Assembly: GCA_964036045.1 (NCBI GenBank)
Contig: OZ038378.1
Span: forward strand, 2,108,001-2,172,000
DNA from: Eutreptiella sp. 'Long Island Sound 2002'
Lineage: Eukaryota; Protista; Euglenida
DNA length: 64,000 bases
Direction of reading: 5' to 3'
In this document: piece after piece, positions 38,201-50,178 of the stretch
How the letters are laid out: every line of letters starts with the position of its first letter
How positions within the stretch are numbered: position 1 is the stretch's first letter
Program-made: the position numbers and the translations under genes
Notes under the pieces: generated by a model
Told to the model about the DNA's origin: nothing
Database searches by the model: none
What the model saw: only the letters and a program-made list of their open reading frames with translations

Positions 38201-38665
38201 ACCCCCACACCCTCATCGTTATTTTTACTGGCACTCTTGCAGGAAGTTGGCCTTGCACGCCATCGTGCATTTTCACACGTGATTGCAAATGCACCCATGC
38301 ATGCGCCCCGGGGGGGGGGACTCCGCGGGTCCTAGGACGCCAACTACCCCCCCCCCCCCCCTAGGGGCCTCCGGCCGACAGTTAGTTGTCAAAGGTATGA
38401 GCCCAAGGAGCCAACGGGCGCCGAAGGCGCCCCGGCGCCGAAGGCGCCCAACGGGGTTATGTAGCCATCTTGCCCACTTGTGGGCCTTTTTCTGATTCTG
38501 CCCCCCGCTCTGAGGCGGTGGGGATCCCCTAGGCGGCAGGGGTTATGTAGCCACCTTGCCCACAAGTGGGCCAATTCTGATTCTGCCCCCCAACTCTATA
38601 GCGGTGGGGATCCCCGAGACGACAGGGGTGACGTAGCCAGTTTGCCCACAGGTGGGCCAATTCTG

Positions 38666-39519
38666 TCCGGTGCTATTGAGGAAACCGGGACAATCTTTGA
38701 ATCCACGCTTCGTTGCGTGGTGCATCAGGGTGCCCCCCCGGCGTAGGTTTTGAGTTCTGATTTTGTTCCCTTTGTTGGGGACCCCCGAGAATGCAGGGGT
38801 GATGTAGCATTTCCGCCCTCTTCTGGGCCCCAACCGTCCGGTGCTATTGAGGAAACCGGGACAATCTTTGAATCCACGCTTCGTTGCGTGGTGCATCAGG
38901 GTGCCCCCCCGGCGTAGGTTTTGAGTTCTGATTTTGTTCCCTTTGTTGGGGACCCCCGAGAATGCAGGGGTGATGTAGCATTTCCGCCCTCTTCTGGGCC
39001 CCAACCGTCCGGTGCTATTGAGGAAACCGGGACAATCTTTGAATCCACGCTTCGTTGCGTGGTGCATCAGGGTGCCCCCCCGGCGTAGGTTTTGAGTTCT
39101 GATTTTGTTCCCTTTGTTGGGGACCCCCGAGAATGCAGGGGTGATGTAGCATTTCCGCCCTCTTCTGGGCCCCAACCGTCCGGTGCTATTGAGGAAACCG
39201 GGACAATCTTTGAATCCACGCTTCGTTGCGTGGTGCATCAGGGTGCCCCCCCGGCGTAGGTTTTGAGTTCTGATTTTGTTCCCTTTGTTGGGGACCCCCG
39301 AGAATGCAGGGGTGATGTAGCATTTCCGCCCTCTTCTGGGCCCCAACCGTCCGGTGCTATTGAGGAAACCGGGACAATCTTTGAATCCACGCTTCGTTGC
39401 GTGGTGCATCAGGGTGCCCCCCCGGCGTAGGTTTTGAGTTCTGATTTTGTTCCCTTTGTTGGGGACCCCCGAGAATGCAGGGGTGATGTAGCATTTCCGC
39501 CCTCTTTTGGGCCCCAACC
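38666..39519. repeat. Tandem array of five essentially identical 171-bp units
   Basis: TCCGGTGCTATTGAGG recurs at 38666, 38837, 39008, 39179 and 39350. I noticed only one substitution, in the last unit. Confidence 0.95.
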
Positions 39520-40106
39520 ATCATGGTGAGATGTAGCTAATTCGCCGGACCCGGCACTTGAAGATCCCTGCCTCGAGCTTTCATACCCCGGCTCGAGGAG
39601 GAGGCAATCAGGGGCTTGGAGATCCCTGCCTCGAGCTTTTCCCCGGCTCGAGAAGGAGGCAAAAAGGGGCTTTCTTTCTTCCTTTCCTTTCTCGTAGGCG
39701 TAGGCGTAGGCAGGGGTGACGTAGCCACCTTGCCCACAAGTGGGCCACTTCTGATTGTTGCGTCTGTTGCGTCGCGATTTTCCGCATTTTCTTAGGTAAG
39801 CGCGTCAAGGGGCGGTTCCCTTTGCAAAAAGTCATTCAGCCACCACCGTGCCCAAACCCAAACCCGTGTGTGCCGAAACCTAAACCAACACAACTGCACT
39901 CGCCGCAGAGCGATGGGAGTAGGCACCCGGGAAAGCATTCGCCGCAGAGCGACGGGAGTAGGCACGGTGTGGCTGGCGAGGCGGCTAAAGTATCGTTGCA
40001 CAAAGATGTCTTTTCCGCTGGTGCTACCTCATCTTTCCGTTTTGTTTAGTAGACATGCCTGCAAAGAAAGCAATGCGACGAGACATGTTCTGTTAGGGTT
40101 GGGAGT

Positions 40107-40854
40107 GCAGCACCAACCTCAGGGTTGTGTGAAGTGTGTCAGAAGAGTGTACCCCTGCATTCCATGCGAACACACATTGGTAGGCACGTCCTCCTCGGAG
40201 AGTGCGCTCGCGATGTCTGTGGTTATTGTGGTGGCCATGATTGCACCACACAATTGTTGCGTAATACGCAAGGCAGGCTTGTGTCAGTCATCGTCACAAA
40301 CTGTCCTTTGGAGCCCACAAATGTGCGGTATGGTGCGATGGCGCGTGGCTCTGCACGTAATCCGTGCACCAACCGCCCCATGCAATGCGTGTTGTGCCGA
40401 GATACCGTTTGGTTGTATGGCATGGCCCATCATTTTTGATTCCAAGCATGCCGGTTCTGCACCTCCAAGTGCCTTGTGCGTCAAGGCAGAGGAAAAGGAA
40501 ATGGTGGTGAACTGGTCGGGAAAGAAGAACAACAGCAAGCGGTCTCATCATGAGATGGATGCTGAGGATGGAGGGGACGTGGCTGAGGGCCCTCCCCGTG
40601 CCAGCACAGCACCAGCCCCGCACCCCAAGAGGATCAAGTCCTCCTCCTCCTCCTCCTCCTCCTCCTCCTCCTCCTCCTCCTCCTCCTCCTCCTCCTCCTC
40701 CTCCTCCGAGGCATCTTCCGGGGCGGAGCGTTCTCGCCCGTTGCAGAGTGTAGGGAGGAGGAACCAGGTGTTTAGTTGGCAGCCAAAGAAGAGGTCGGCC
40801 GCCGCAGCATATGATTCTGATAGCTCATCAAGTGAAGGTGAGTTATTTAAGTAA
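40107..40854 (+). pseudogene. Frameshifted Cys/His zinc-finger gene fragment with poly-Ser tail, inside transposon cargo
   Basis: CEVC...HSMRTHIGRH...CGYCGGHDC...C...PCTNRPMQCVLC...W.YGMAHHF. Removing one T from the run at 40433-40437 fuses it to DSKHAG...KEMV...(TCC)n. Confidence 0.65.
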
Positions 40855-40875
40855 GGGCTTTTTCCTGTGCCCTTA

Positions 40876-40990
40876 TTAGGTCGATACGTAGAAAGTGTTC
40901 CAAGGAGCCACTCTTGGTCTTAGGCCCCTCCCTCCTTAGGTCGATCCGTAGAAAGTGTTCCAAGGAGTCAATCTTGGTCTTAGGCCCTTC
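40876..40990. repeat. 60-bp tandem duplication
   Basis: TTAGGTCGAT.CGTAGAAAGTGTTCCAAGGAG at 40876 and 40936. Confidence 0.9.
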
Positions 40991-41146
40991 TTTTTCATTC
41001 CTCGAGACGTTTGGGGAGAAGGCTGCTGCAAGTGTGGTGTAAGCGGGGAGGGGTGATGTACCATCATGGCGGTGTGGTCCGAGGCCACCGCCCCGAGTTG
41101 CTATGACCACACGTTTGCAGTTGCATTCCAACCCCTATATATATGA

Positions 41147-41152
<6 letters not shown>

Positions 41153-41194
<42 letters not shown>
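41153..41194. repeat. (TA)n microsatellite
   Basis: Direct dinucleotide run. Confidence 0.95.
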
Positions 41195-41196
<2 letters not shown>

Positions 41197-44100
41197 TTGT
41201 ATGCATGTATGTATGTCTTGTGGCATGGTGTAACTCTAATCCCATGGCCGCCTCAGGAGCCCACCCCCCTGAGGTTCCCAGTGTGGCTGGGAATACCCAA
41301 GCCGATGATACCCTACCCTCTATTGTGGGAAGGGGCGGTGCGAACTGTCGGATCACACCTGGGCCGCATACCCAACTGTTCGGAGGTGCCCGACACCCCC
41401 CCCCCCCCCCCACGGGAACCCCGGGAACCCCCCCCCCCCCCCCCGGGAACCGCCCTCCCCGGCGCCCCTCCTAGACCCCCCCCTCCAAGGCCCCCCCCCC
41501 CCCCCCCCCCCCCCAAGGGGCCTCCGGCCGACAGTTAGTTGGGGGGGTAGTTGGCGTCCAGAACCGAGGGGTCGCCCCCCCCGGGCATGCGCATTTGCAT
41601 GCAACCTATTATGTTTTGTACACCAACAATTCCCCGAGCACTTTGGGGGCAGCATGGTTAAAAGTATTTTCCAGTTCCAAAATGAGTTAAACTTTTTACC
41701 ATGGACCATGCCCTTCCACATGACAAAAACAAGGATCATTCCTATGCCTATGAAATGTCTATGAAATGATGCATGCAATATCCAATGTCACAAAGACCGA
41801 GTTGTGCACAAGCATGTGAGGTCGAAATCAGTAGTGGCGGCAGGATCTATGGCAATGGCTCAAGGAGTCCCATCATGGGTAAGAGACTGTCCATGCTGGC
41901 CGGGGCAACAAACCCCATCTGGTCGTGTTGGAGCCTGGTCTAGAACCATGCGAGCCCCTAGCACTGTCAACCACATGCCAAACAGGCGGTACCAGAGCAG
42001 CTGGGTAAATCCTTGTGGTGAGGCACGATGGGACAAGCTGTGTGCACCGCATTCACACTTACCAGATCTGTCTGCAGCCCTGACCCTGCTGCCAGACCAT
42101 CAGCAAAGTGTTGCTGTGGTTGCTGTGCATGTTTCCTTTTCGGAGCCTGCGTGCCTCTGCAAGCATGCACACAGATGTACACACCTAAACACACATCGAA
42201 ATCCTCGTGTACGCCCTTTGCTGTCTCAAAGTGACCACGAAATTGACCACATTCTGGACCCCTGAAATTCTCTGCAGGTGTCTTGGGCTGGCCCATGGTC
42301 TCCAAATGTGAGTGTCTCAAGGATCGCCAAAATGTGGTTTGCCTCCGGGCTAATTGCGCGTTTCCATAGCCATTCTAAGAACCTTCGCAAAATTGTCCTT
42401 GGCATATTTTACCCCCACAAAATAATCCCACTTTAATATTCTATGGCCTTTGGCATGGCAACTCAAAGAGAAGAGGGCAGTCTGCAAGGTAATGGCATGT
42501 AACGATTCAACCACCCTCCTATTCAGGTGCCAAGACGGGTACACGTGACGTGTGAGATCTGATCATGGGGAGTGGTAATAATGAGAAAATTTCAATTTTT
42601 GTGCTGTTGAGGGCATAGGCAGTCTGTGCTCAGTCCCTTGGAGCCCCGCGCACCCAATGACAAACAGTGAAAAATACGGAAAAAACCCCTAAAACAGAAT
42701 ATGAAAAGCCGCTCTTGAAAATTTCCGTTTTTAGAGCTGCTCAGGGTGAAAATTGCATTGGCAGTTTGCCCACTAGTCCCTTGGGAACGCCCCCAGTCAG
42801 CACCCAAGGCCAGCGTGGTGAAAAATGCATACAAGGGGCCTGAAACATGTTCTACATGGGATATTCGATCTTTGCTAGTGGTCACAATAAGCAGGAAATG
42901 GGTTTTGAAATTTTGCATGTTTGAGTTGTTGAGGGTGAAAATTTCCTCCACACTTTGGGTGCTCATCTGTGACCCCTCGCTCCCTGCTAGTGGCACCCAA
43001 TGGCCATTTGGGGTAAAACAACATGTAAAGAGCACCTAAAACACGCCTGATAATTGTGCCTGTAGCTGTAACCCATTCTTCAAAATGTTTGCATGCATAT
43101 GAGGGTGTTTTGTACATTTCAGAGGCACTGATGCGCAGTATGCTTCTCATTTTTTCCATGTTGCATGTCCAAGGTTACAAATGGGTTTTTCCCTGGTTGG
43201 TTTGGGGGTATGGTTGAAAGGGGGTTAGTGTGGAGGCTTCTTGGTTGCCTAAAAGTAGCTCAAAATTGAGAGGGCAAAACCACTTTAATTTTAAGGGGCT
43301 GGTGCACAAGTTGCACCCTCCACATGGGCAGCTCCAATTTGCTGGTGGGGGGATCCCATCTCAAATTCCTTATGTGGGGGAGGTGTCATATACAACAAGG
43401 GTCAAATGCAGTGGGATGGGGGTACAAAAAGGTTACAGTCAAATTTTCGTTTCTTCTGTACGCTGAAAAGTGATCAAATCAAATGAAATAGGAGATAGAG
43501 GAGAATATTAATGCCTCCATGTCCATCACATTTTGTAGCACATGGTCCAGTGCACAGTCTTCTCTGTGTTCTCTGTTCTGTTTGCGACTCGCACAACAAA
43601 TTCTTTTGTAAGGCTTTTGGGATGACAAAGATGGAATGGTCAGTGCAATATGCAAGCAATTATGTATGACGAGGACCTGAAAATATTTGACCTATGTAAT
43701 TCATATTGTGCAAAATACTTGCCGCACAAACAGATGCTCATGATTAAGATTTTTATGTGCCCTTGTGCCATCAGACGCAATTTTAGATGAAATGGTTGGC
43801 ATGGAACGAAAGTCAAGGCGTGTGGTACAGAATGGATACCGTTGCATAGATGCCACAGCCTAGCATCCTATATCTTGCGGCGTCATCATCCATGTCAACA
43901 GGCCAGGATGAGTAGCCAAAAATAAACTCAGTGTGGTAAAAATGTTGACCGCAACTATCTCCAAGCCACATTCATCCCTTTAGCGGCATTTCTGTTTGGA
44001 AGAAAGACGATGGGTTGAATGAAAAGGTTGAGAGCCACGTTGCTAGCTGTGGATCTCTCAAAACTGCCGTCCCATTGTAGCAAAAATGACTCTTATTCAA

Positions 44101-46319
44101 AAATTTGAAGTGTCTCCAACAGCAACTGTGATGCTTTGAGGAACATCTGAAAGCCTCCAAGTATAGTGCCATGCATGCTGAGACCAATTTTAAATGGCCT
44201 AAATGGTGAGGTTTCAGGGACCCACTCTGTCTTGCAAAACAAAAATGTTACACATGGGGTTTTCGACATCTTTAGACAGAAATCATGGCAAAATTGGGGG
44301 TCTAAAAACCTTTGTCCAAAAGGAGGGCGGGGGATCCCACTCAGATTCCTTATTGGGGGGGAGGGGGCGTCTTAGCGGGGGTTGCACTGGTGTAATCCCC
44401 CCCCATAAGCAAGTTGGAGCTGCCCCACCTAACAAGACGAAAAATCCAAAACTGTTCTTTTTGTGACCACATGAATCAAACACCACATGTAAAGCATGTT
44501 ACCACCTTGTATATCTCTCGGGGAGATCCAGAATGTGCCAACTTGGTGGGTTTTGGCATTTTTCCTGGGTTTTCTGAACTTTTGGTCTGATGCGCCAACA
44601 GATAGTTCTGTGTGGGGGGGTATGTGTATTCTTTTTTTGAATATTTGAAAAAAGGACATTTTAGAAATATATGGGTCAGGCGGGAGTATGTGGTCACATT
44701 TTTGAGCACAGAGCTGGAAAATGAACGATGTACAGGAGGGAGCAACGCTCAGGGAGCCACTGATTATTCCAAATCAGAATCGTCGTCATTGTTGTCCCTG
44801 TCCACAAGAGCTGGGACCCCATTGGGGCACACATCCCCCTGCTGGTGAATGGGCACATATTTCTTCATTGTTTGCCAATCCTTCAGCCTGCGTGCCTTCA
44901 CAGGCACCCACGCTGTGTTGAGAGGCATGGCCCACAGGCCGTCAGTGGTTTTGTCAACAGGCAGCCATGTCCACATACAAATTCACACCACATGCTGTTG
45001 CATCCCCAGATGCACCACAGAAACCTTTGGCTCGGAAAAGAGCACGCTCTGGCGGCGCAAACTGGGTGCAAGTTACTCATCAGATGTCCCCTGGCAAAGC
45101 AAAAAGGCCTCGTACAGCCTGTTTGCAGCAATCTGCATGCACCCACAAGGAGCACCAGATTCTGACGTAGGCAGAAAGCAACACAAGCACTGTCCAAAAC
45201 TGACAAAAATCTGAAACATGTCGTCAGTACAGCATGCAGACCCGGGTGTTCCGAATAGCCCTTTTCAAGGGCTTTCCGAATGCGCCACATACCCCTATTT
45301 CCGGAACTCTCAGTGGGCACAACTGAGGGAACAATGGCACCGAACCCCGAAAACCCACCGAGTTGGCACAATTTTCAACGTCCCTGAGATATGTCTTTTG
45401 ATCGCATTTGGGTGCATACCCCCCACCCCAAGGCCAAATAGGGTGAAAAACACATGAGGATTAATCTGTCAAGGGGTGTGAGAGGGTGGGCCGCTAATTA
45501 CTGCGACCCCCCCCCCCCCGGCGATCACTTGACCCATCAGCCTATGGTGGGCAACTATTCCATGGCTGTGCTGTAACAACATCTCCAGTTGTGCCCCCTT
45601 AAGAGGGTACCACAGGGTCCCAAAAGCTAAAACTGATTTTTCCCAACCTTGCGAGCAGTTACAGTGATCAAAGTTCACATGTAACGCACATAGTACACCC
45701 TCTTTATGCGGCGGCGACGCTCCCGCATTTCAGCTGTGTGCATGTGTGCGTGTGCTGTAGGATGTTAGTGCTGTGCAAGGCTTATGGAATCGTAGATAAA
45801 GTGCACTCTAAGGCATACACTCATTGCACAGAGCAAAGACTATCCAATTTACAAGAAGATGTACCAAATTATGGAGAATGACGCAAAGCAATCTGGGGAC
45901 CCTGTGACTCGTGCAGACGCACGGTCTCGATTACTGACGTTGTACCGCAATGCTGGCGTGTTGAAGGGTGTGAGGTTTCCGCGGATTACATTGGGAAAGG
46001 GGAATTTCGAGCGGTACTTGGAATACGTACAGAATCCTCAGGATTGGAACGTAGCGATGGACATCATCAAGATGGAGTTGGACAGACTGGAACAAGAGCA
46101 TCTGCACGAACAGCTCCAGGACACGTTCAAGTATCCTTGTGCTCTTTCACAGTCAATAGTCACTGCCTCAAGGCATCACGGTTCCATCTGCCGTCACAAT
46201 CTGCAACAAAGCCAGTCTCTCTCCACAGCCACAGCTATTTTTTAATGGACAGGAGCCTTGGGTAGCTCCAATTTGATTGTGTGTGGGGGGGTATCATCCC
46301 ATCCCAATTTTTTGCAGAG

Positions 46320-47200
46320 GATGCTTGGTATGGCACCCCCCGTCTGTGAATTGGTATGAGCACCCCTCACCCCTCAATATTACACCCCAACACCAGAGGT
46401 CGATGCATTGGTATGAGCACCCCTCCCACCTCTAATTTACACCTTTACACAGCAGTTTGATGCATTGGTATGAGCACCTCTTACACCAAAGTTGGTGCAT
46501 TTGTATGAGCCCTCCCCCCATGTTACATTCTTACACAGCAGTTTGATGATGCATTGGTATGAGCACTCCTCCCCTCTCTAAGTTACACCTGTACGGCAGA
46601 GTTTGGTGCATTGGTATGAGCACTTCTCTCCTCATGGTTACACCTTGACACAGAAGTGTGGTAGATTGATGTGAGCATCCCCCCCCCCCTCCATCTTACG
46701 CCGTTACACAGGGGTTCAAAAGCACTGGTATCAGAAGCCCTCACCCATTACACGTTCACATGATATTTTGGTGCATTAGTAAGATTCACCCTGCCCCCCT
46801 CAATGTTACAACCTCACAGAGCAGTCTGGTGCAGTGGTACAGAGCAGTCCTGACCCCTCCATTTTACACCATTACACAGGAGTTTGGTGAGGGGGGGATG
46901 GTGCTCTTACCAATGCACCAAACTCCTGTGCAAGGCTGTAACACACAGGGGTAAGGAGTGCCTGTACCGGAGCACCGAACTCCTATTTAGGGACGTTGCA
47001 TGGAGATGGTGAGGGGTGCTCAAACGAATGCACTAAACTCAACACTGAGGGGTGTGGAGTCCTTAGACCAATGCACCGAACTCCTGTGTAAGGGTGTAAC
47101 TCAGGGGGATGGGGGGGGGGTGCTCATACCAATGCAATAAACTGCTGCAAGGTTGTGACATGCAGGAGGGTCTAGGGACTCATACTAATGCAATGTTACA
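46320..47200. repeat. Fold-back array of ~56-bp degenerate units
   Basis: About 10 forward GCATTGGTATGAGCAC units, then about 6 inverted units. Perfect 15-bp inverted repeat at 46875-46889 and 46917-46931. Confidence 0.8.
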
Positions 47201-48149
47201 CCCCGACAAAAAAGTTTGGTGCATTGCTATGCGGAATCTTGCCATGCCTGCAGCACCCGCGGCGCACCCTGAGGCACGCAATTTGGTTAATTATCCCAGC
47301 ATAGAGGGCATATCACGGTGCATACAGTCAGCCTTTTTTCATGCAACACATATCGTACTATTCTTTTCATATTTATTTCAACATTTTTCTCCCTTTTGGG
47401 CCTTTTCCTTTCACAAATGGTGCTCTTGTTGCCCATCCCCAACATGTTAGGGGCTATGTATCCACTTTGAACCCTATCCACTCTGGAGACCCCAAGATGG
47501 CAAGGGCCATGTAGACACTTGGCCCCTTGGAGTCCTTGGCCCCTTGGCTTGGGGATGTAGAGACACAACCTTGAGTGCAAGGGGCATGAGTACAAGGGAC
47601 AGTTCCAGTTTTTTTTTTTTGCAAAATAATCCACACTCAACGCAGAAGTAGGGGATGAGCAAGGAGGAGTGTATCCCAACTAAACTGGATGGCCCTGATG
47701 CCAACCCCACTCTGGCCCTGATGCCAACTCTAGCTCCAACCCCAAGTCCACCTAAGATTCTAACTCTAGGTCTAGCTTGACCGCCGTGGACCCTTTGTCG
47801 CCCGAACCCAAGCACTCACCCTCTTGCTTAACCACAGTAGAACGGGGAGATTCCCTTCCACGTTTTGCACGTTGAGGTGGAGCCATAGTACCTCTATCTC
47901 TATCAATCAATTTGCACGGAACAACAGGCTAGATTCAAGTGCGGGGGAGTGGGGGGAACAAGGGGCCCAGAGCAATTTACGCTATAAATTACCTGAATTT
48001 TTGTAAACACACAGAAAATAGGGTAATTCCTAGAAATTTTTGGAGCGTGGCTGCTAGAGTATCAAACTCTTGCCACTCCGTATCAGCGCCTTGCTCCCGC
48101 ATCCACATTACATGACAAAGCTAAAAGAGCGAATAACACTTTACGAACT

Positions 48150-48510
48150 TTTTTCGGTTTTTCGCCCTTGGCAGCTCAAAACCCGGCCTTCCAAAACTTA
48201 TTTTTTTTTGATATTGTGACTGCTCACAATCACCATCCAAGCTATGTAAAGCATGTGTTAGGCAGTATTCATGTGTTTTTTCCTGATATTGGGTGTATGT
48301 TTGTGTGTGTGGGGGGGGTTGTCTCCCAAGGGAGTGGTGCACGAACTGCTGTTTTTCGCTGTGGGTAGTACAAAAAACGAAGTTTCAGAAACTTATTTTT
48401 TTGATATCGTGACCACTCACGATGACCATCCAAGCTATGCAAAGCATGTTTTAGGCAGTATTTATGTTTGTTTTACCGTGTTTGGGTATTGGGAGTTGGC
48501 GGGGGGGGGG
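48150..48510. repeat. Two tandem ~193-bp monomers of the same family
   Basis: CCATCCAAGCTATG(T/C)AAAGCATG recurs with ATG at 48244 and 48437. Confidence 0.75.
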
Positions 48511-50178
48511 GGGGGGGGCATTGCTCGGGGCAGATCCTCTGCGAGGTGGATTTGCCGAAGGCATTAGAATTAACCATCAATTCGTCCGTCCATGCCCCCC
48601 CTCTCCCTGAAGCCTCAGAAGTGGTTGTCCATATTTGAACAGGCCATGTTCTAGTTCACATCCAACAGTTCATCAACGAGCGCAACGTCAAGAACTGGCC
48701 CTATGGCCTGTGGGGCTACTTCCCTAGGTGGTTTTTTTGGGGGGTAACAAGACCCTATGCCATTGGCATTGACTCGTCCACATCCGATTTCGGCTCGGAA
48801 TCGCCCCCCCTGGAACAGGATTCTGGTGCATTGGAATGAGCACCCTTGCCACATGTATGCCACACCGTTACACCAGCATGCCTTTGGATCATCTGATCCG
48901 ATTTGTGCCCAGCACTCGGTGCATTGGGTTGTGGGGTTTGACGGGCAGCTGTGCCAGCCGCATTGTACAATAGCTGGGGACATACTATGAGGTATGGGTG
49001 TTGGGACAATACTGACCACGCCTCTGGGTGGTATGACTTGGGGTCTGATTTCCACATTGAGTTGGGTACTTTGGTGTTTGCAAATGTGGTGAGGATTCCC
49101 ATTTTGTGCTAGTGCATCGGTGCCATGCTCCATGCGACTCCAATCTTTGTCATGCCCTTCAGTGCCTTCATCAGCATCCCTTTTTTCAGTATGCTTCTGT
49201 CACTCCAAGTGCCCGGACAGGCTGTCCACGACTTCATCAATGAAGTGCACATGTGGATCTTGAGCATGGACAGCGGTTGGGTCCGCGGCCACAGCGATCC
49301 TCTTGCTGCAGCCCTTGCCGACTCCAAGATGGCAAAGAATTTCATGCCACTTGCGCAATTTCTCCGGCTGACCATCCAGGTATTTGCAGAGTGCGGTGTG
49401 TAGAAGATGCCTGTGTACATGTGGGGGCCCCTGTAGGGGGAAAGTTGAAACAACAATAAGTCTGGACAAACATAAAACACCCAAGTGTGTGAGCCAGCCC
49501 CCTTTGCACATGCGTCGCCTTGCGCAAGCACCCATGGGCTGCAAAGCGTCAATTTTGGGCGTTGTCATAAGCTTAGTTCTTCAAATTCTCCTTGAGCATT
49601 TTTCCGCCTTCTTGGAATTTGGTGCTCGGGCTCATGCTTGGGGGGGCCTGGGGCTTCCATGTTGAGGAATGGGTTGAGTTTGATGCTTCAGGTGGGCAAA
49701 CCGGGGTATCAAATTGCAGTCTGTGCTTCCAGGTCCTGCCAGGCTGACCAACAACTACAATCCCACAGGGGTGCCCCCAATCCTTGACTGCCGGATGGCA
49801 CAGGTGGTGCCGCCTTGAAGCTTGGGTCCCACACTCCCACGGTGGGACCTAGGGCACACAAAGCGCTTCCCTGCCCTGGGAACCACCTACCAGGGATGGC
49901 TCCCAGGCTGCAGCGCCACGGCCCCTTTGGTCCGGGGGGGGGGGGCCTTGACGGCACACTACCAGACAGGGCTACTCTCTCCCGCCCCGGGCATCCACGA
50001 CATTCGGTTTACCAGAATCGTTGCTGTACTCAGGAACCTCCTGAAGCCGCCACGGTCCGCCGGGGCACTCCCGGAACAGTGGTTGGGCTTGCCAGTGGTT
50101 ACCCCCCACCCCCCCCAAGGCCAGCAGGGTGGCGCTCCCTTGTCCTCGAGGGCGGCAACGGTGCCCATTAGTTCTACC

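Larger units (their letters stand above)
38307..41584. mobile_element. CCCGGG-TIR element with ~2.9 kb of internal cargo
   Basis: ~45-bp TIRs (CCCGGG...GGACGCCAACTACCCC) and an 8-bp direct repeat GCATGCGC on both flanks. Both ends match the empty copy at 50179..50460. Confidence 0.8.

Noticed and set aside
38543-39517. 324-aa minus-strand ORF of 57-aa repeats, and the array as a possible CRISPR
   Set aside because: The ORF is open only because 171 is divisible by 3. Units are contiguous with no unique spacers, and no cas-like ORF is present.
45828-46125. Remnant ORF as an internal exon of gene B
   Set aside because: Phase 0/2 would break the frame, codon usage is not GC-rich like gene B, and there is an upstream frameshift.
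46320-46880. ~56-bp periodic GCATTGGTATGAGCAC units as a CRISPR-like repeat-spacer array
   Set aside because: The intervening sequences are homologous to each other (TTACACC..ACAG.AGTTTG), so whole units are degenerate tandem repeats.
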